Part shown: positions 33,836-35,248 of the stretch, piece after piece
Position numbering within the stretch: the first letter of the stretch is position 1
Layout of the letters: the number at the start of each line of letters is the position of its first letter
From: Octopus bimaculoides
Lineage: Eukaryota
Length of the DNA stretch: 35,248 nucleotides
Direction of reading: 5' to 3'
NCBI RefSeq assembly: GCF_001194135.2
Contig: NC_068987.1
Span: 16,979,816 to 17,015,063, forward strand
Made by a program: the position numbers and the translations under genes
Notes under the pieces: generated by a model
Told to the model about the DNA's origin: nothing
Seen by the model: only the letters and a program-made list of their open reading frames with translations
Databases searched by the model: none

Positions 33836-35151
33836 ACCTGTTCATACATAGATACATACATACACACTCACACACATACATGCATACTTACATACATACG
33901 ACACATATGATAGGCTCAGACATCTTACATATTTCTCTTGTCATTGCTTCAGAATGACAATCATCTTAAGATGCATGAATACGCAGAAACTAAAGAGTAA
34001 CAACTACAACTCAGTTAATTGAATTAGCTATACTCCGCTTCTTGCATTGAGTGTTTTTGTCTCATTTGTTACCATTAACATGCCTGTGTATACCTACATG
34101 AACACATGCACACGTGTGTGTGTATGTGTGTATGTGTGGCTCTGTGTGTGTGTGGCTCTGTGTGTGTGTGCGTGTGTGTGTGTGTGCGTGTGTGCGTGCG
34201 TGCGCGTGTGTGTGTGTGTGTATNNNNNNNNNNNNNNNNNNNNNNNNNNNNNNNNNNNNNNNNNNNNNNNNNNNNNNNNNNNNNNNNNNNNNNNNNNNNN
34301 NNNNNNNNNNNNNNNNNNNNNNNNNNNNNNNNNNNNNNNNNNNNNNNNNNNNNNNNNNNNNNNNNNNNNNNNNNNNNNNNNNNNNNNNNNNNNNNNNNNN
34401 NNNNNNNNNNNNNNNNNNNNNNNNNNNNNNNNNNNNNNNNNNNNNNNNNNNNNNNNNNNNNNNNNNNNNNNNNNNNNNNNNNNNNNNNNNNNNNNNNNNN
34501 NNNNNNNNNNNNNNNNNNNNNNNNNNNNNNNNNNNNNNNNNNNNNNNNNNNNNNNNNNNNNNNNNNNNNNNNNNNNNNNNNNNNNNNNNNNNNNNNNNNN
34601 NNNNNNNNNNNNNNNNNNNNNNNNNNNNNNNNNNNNNNNNNNNNNNNNNNNNNNNNNNNNNNNNNNNNNNNNNNNNNNNNNNNNNNNNNNNNNNNNNNNN
34701 NNNNNNNNNNNNNNNNNNNNNNNNNNNNNNNNNNNNNNNNNNNNNNNNNNNNNNNNNNNNNNNNNNNNNNNNNNNNNNNNNNNNNNNNNNNNNNNNNNNN
34801 NNNNNNNNNNNNNNNNNNNNNNNNNNNNNNNNNNNNNNNNNNNNNNNNNNNNNNNNNNNNNNNNNNNNNNNNNNNNNNNNNNNNNNNNNNACCCTCCCTC
34901 TCGTCTCTAGCCATTTGGAAAACAAGCCATGACAAAGTTGCCTCACACATTGCTGATGTCAACCTACGACACGCTTTATAGAACACTCACGGATTTATTT
35001 CACCCATACACACATACATATACACACACACACAAACACGCGCACGCACACACGCACATACATACATACATACATACATATATGTATATATATATATATA
35101 TATATGTACATGTATGTATATACGTTCATCTACATGTACATATAGATATAT

Positions 35152-35248
35152 AACTGGGTACATGACGTGGCAAAAGAACAAGGACAAAATGGTAAACAAG
35201 GTGCAACAAACAAGCAGGCCACATAGAAACATCCCCTTCATCAGCTGC
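35152..35248 (-). mobile_element. Family F copy 3, truncated by the window end
   Basis: Minus strand gcagCTGATGAagggg...ccacGTCatgtaccc. Confidence 0.55.

Overview
AT-rich, non-coding eukaryotic genomic DNA, packed with microsatellites and broken by ten N-gaps, each flanked by simple repeats. The repeat families (tRNA-headed SINEs, RTE and CR1-type LINE remnants, a mariner MITE) look like those of a cephalopod, probably Octopus; this is inferred from recalled repeat motifs, not from a search. No intact protein-coding gene, rRNA, true tRNA or CRISPR array is supported. The long supplied ORFs are microsatellite, gap or repeat read-throughs. The main result is a set of hammerhead-ribozyme-like motifs in several apparently unrelated short repeats. 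These are a three-copy Type I fold family (2767, 26918, 33695), a minimal palindromic-stem-III motif (24029), a U3-A8 core variant (32816), a canonical-core motif (23561), and a three-copy family that keeps CUGAUGA, stem I and GUC but mostly lacks GAAA. They suggest Penelope pseudo-LTR or retrozyme-type elements; none has been tested for cleavage. Other observations: two long foldback elements, SINE module swapping, decayed tandem repeats, a candidate promoter region and a candidate 33-nt microexon on the + strand.
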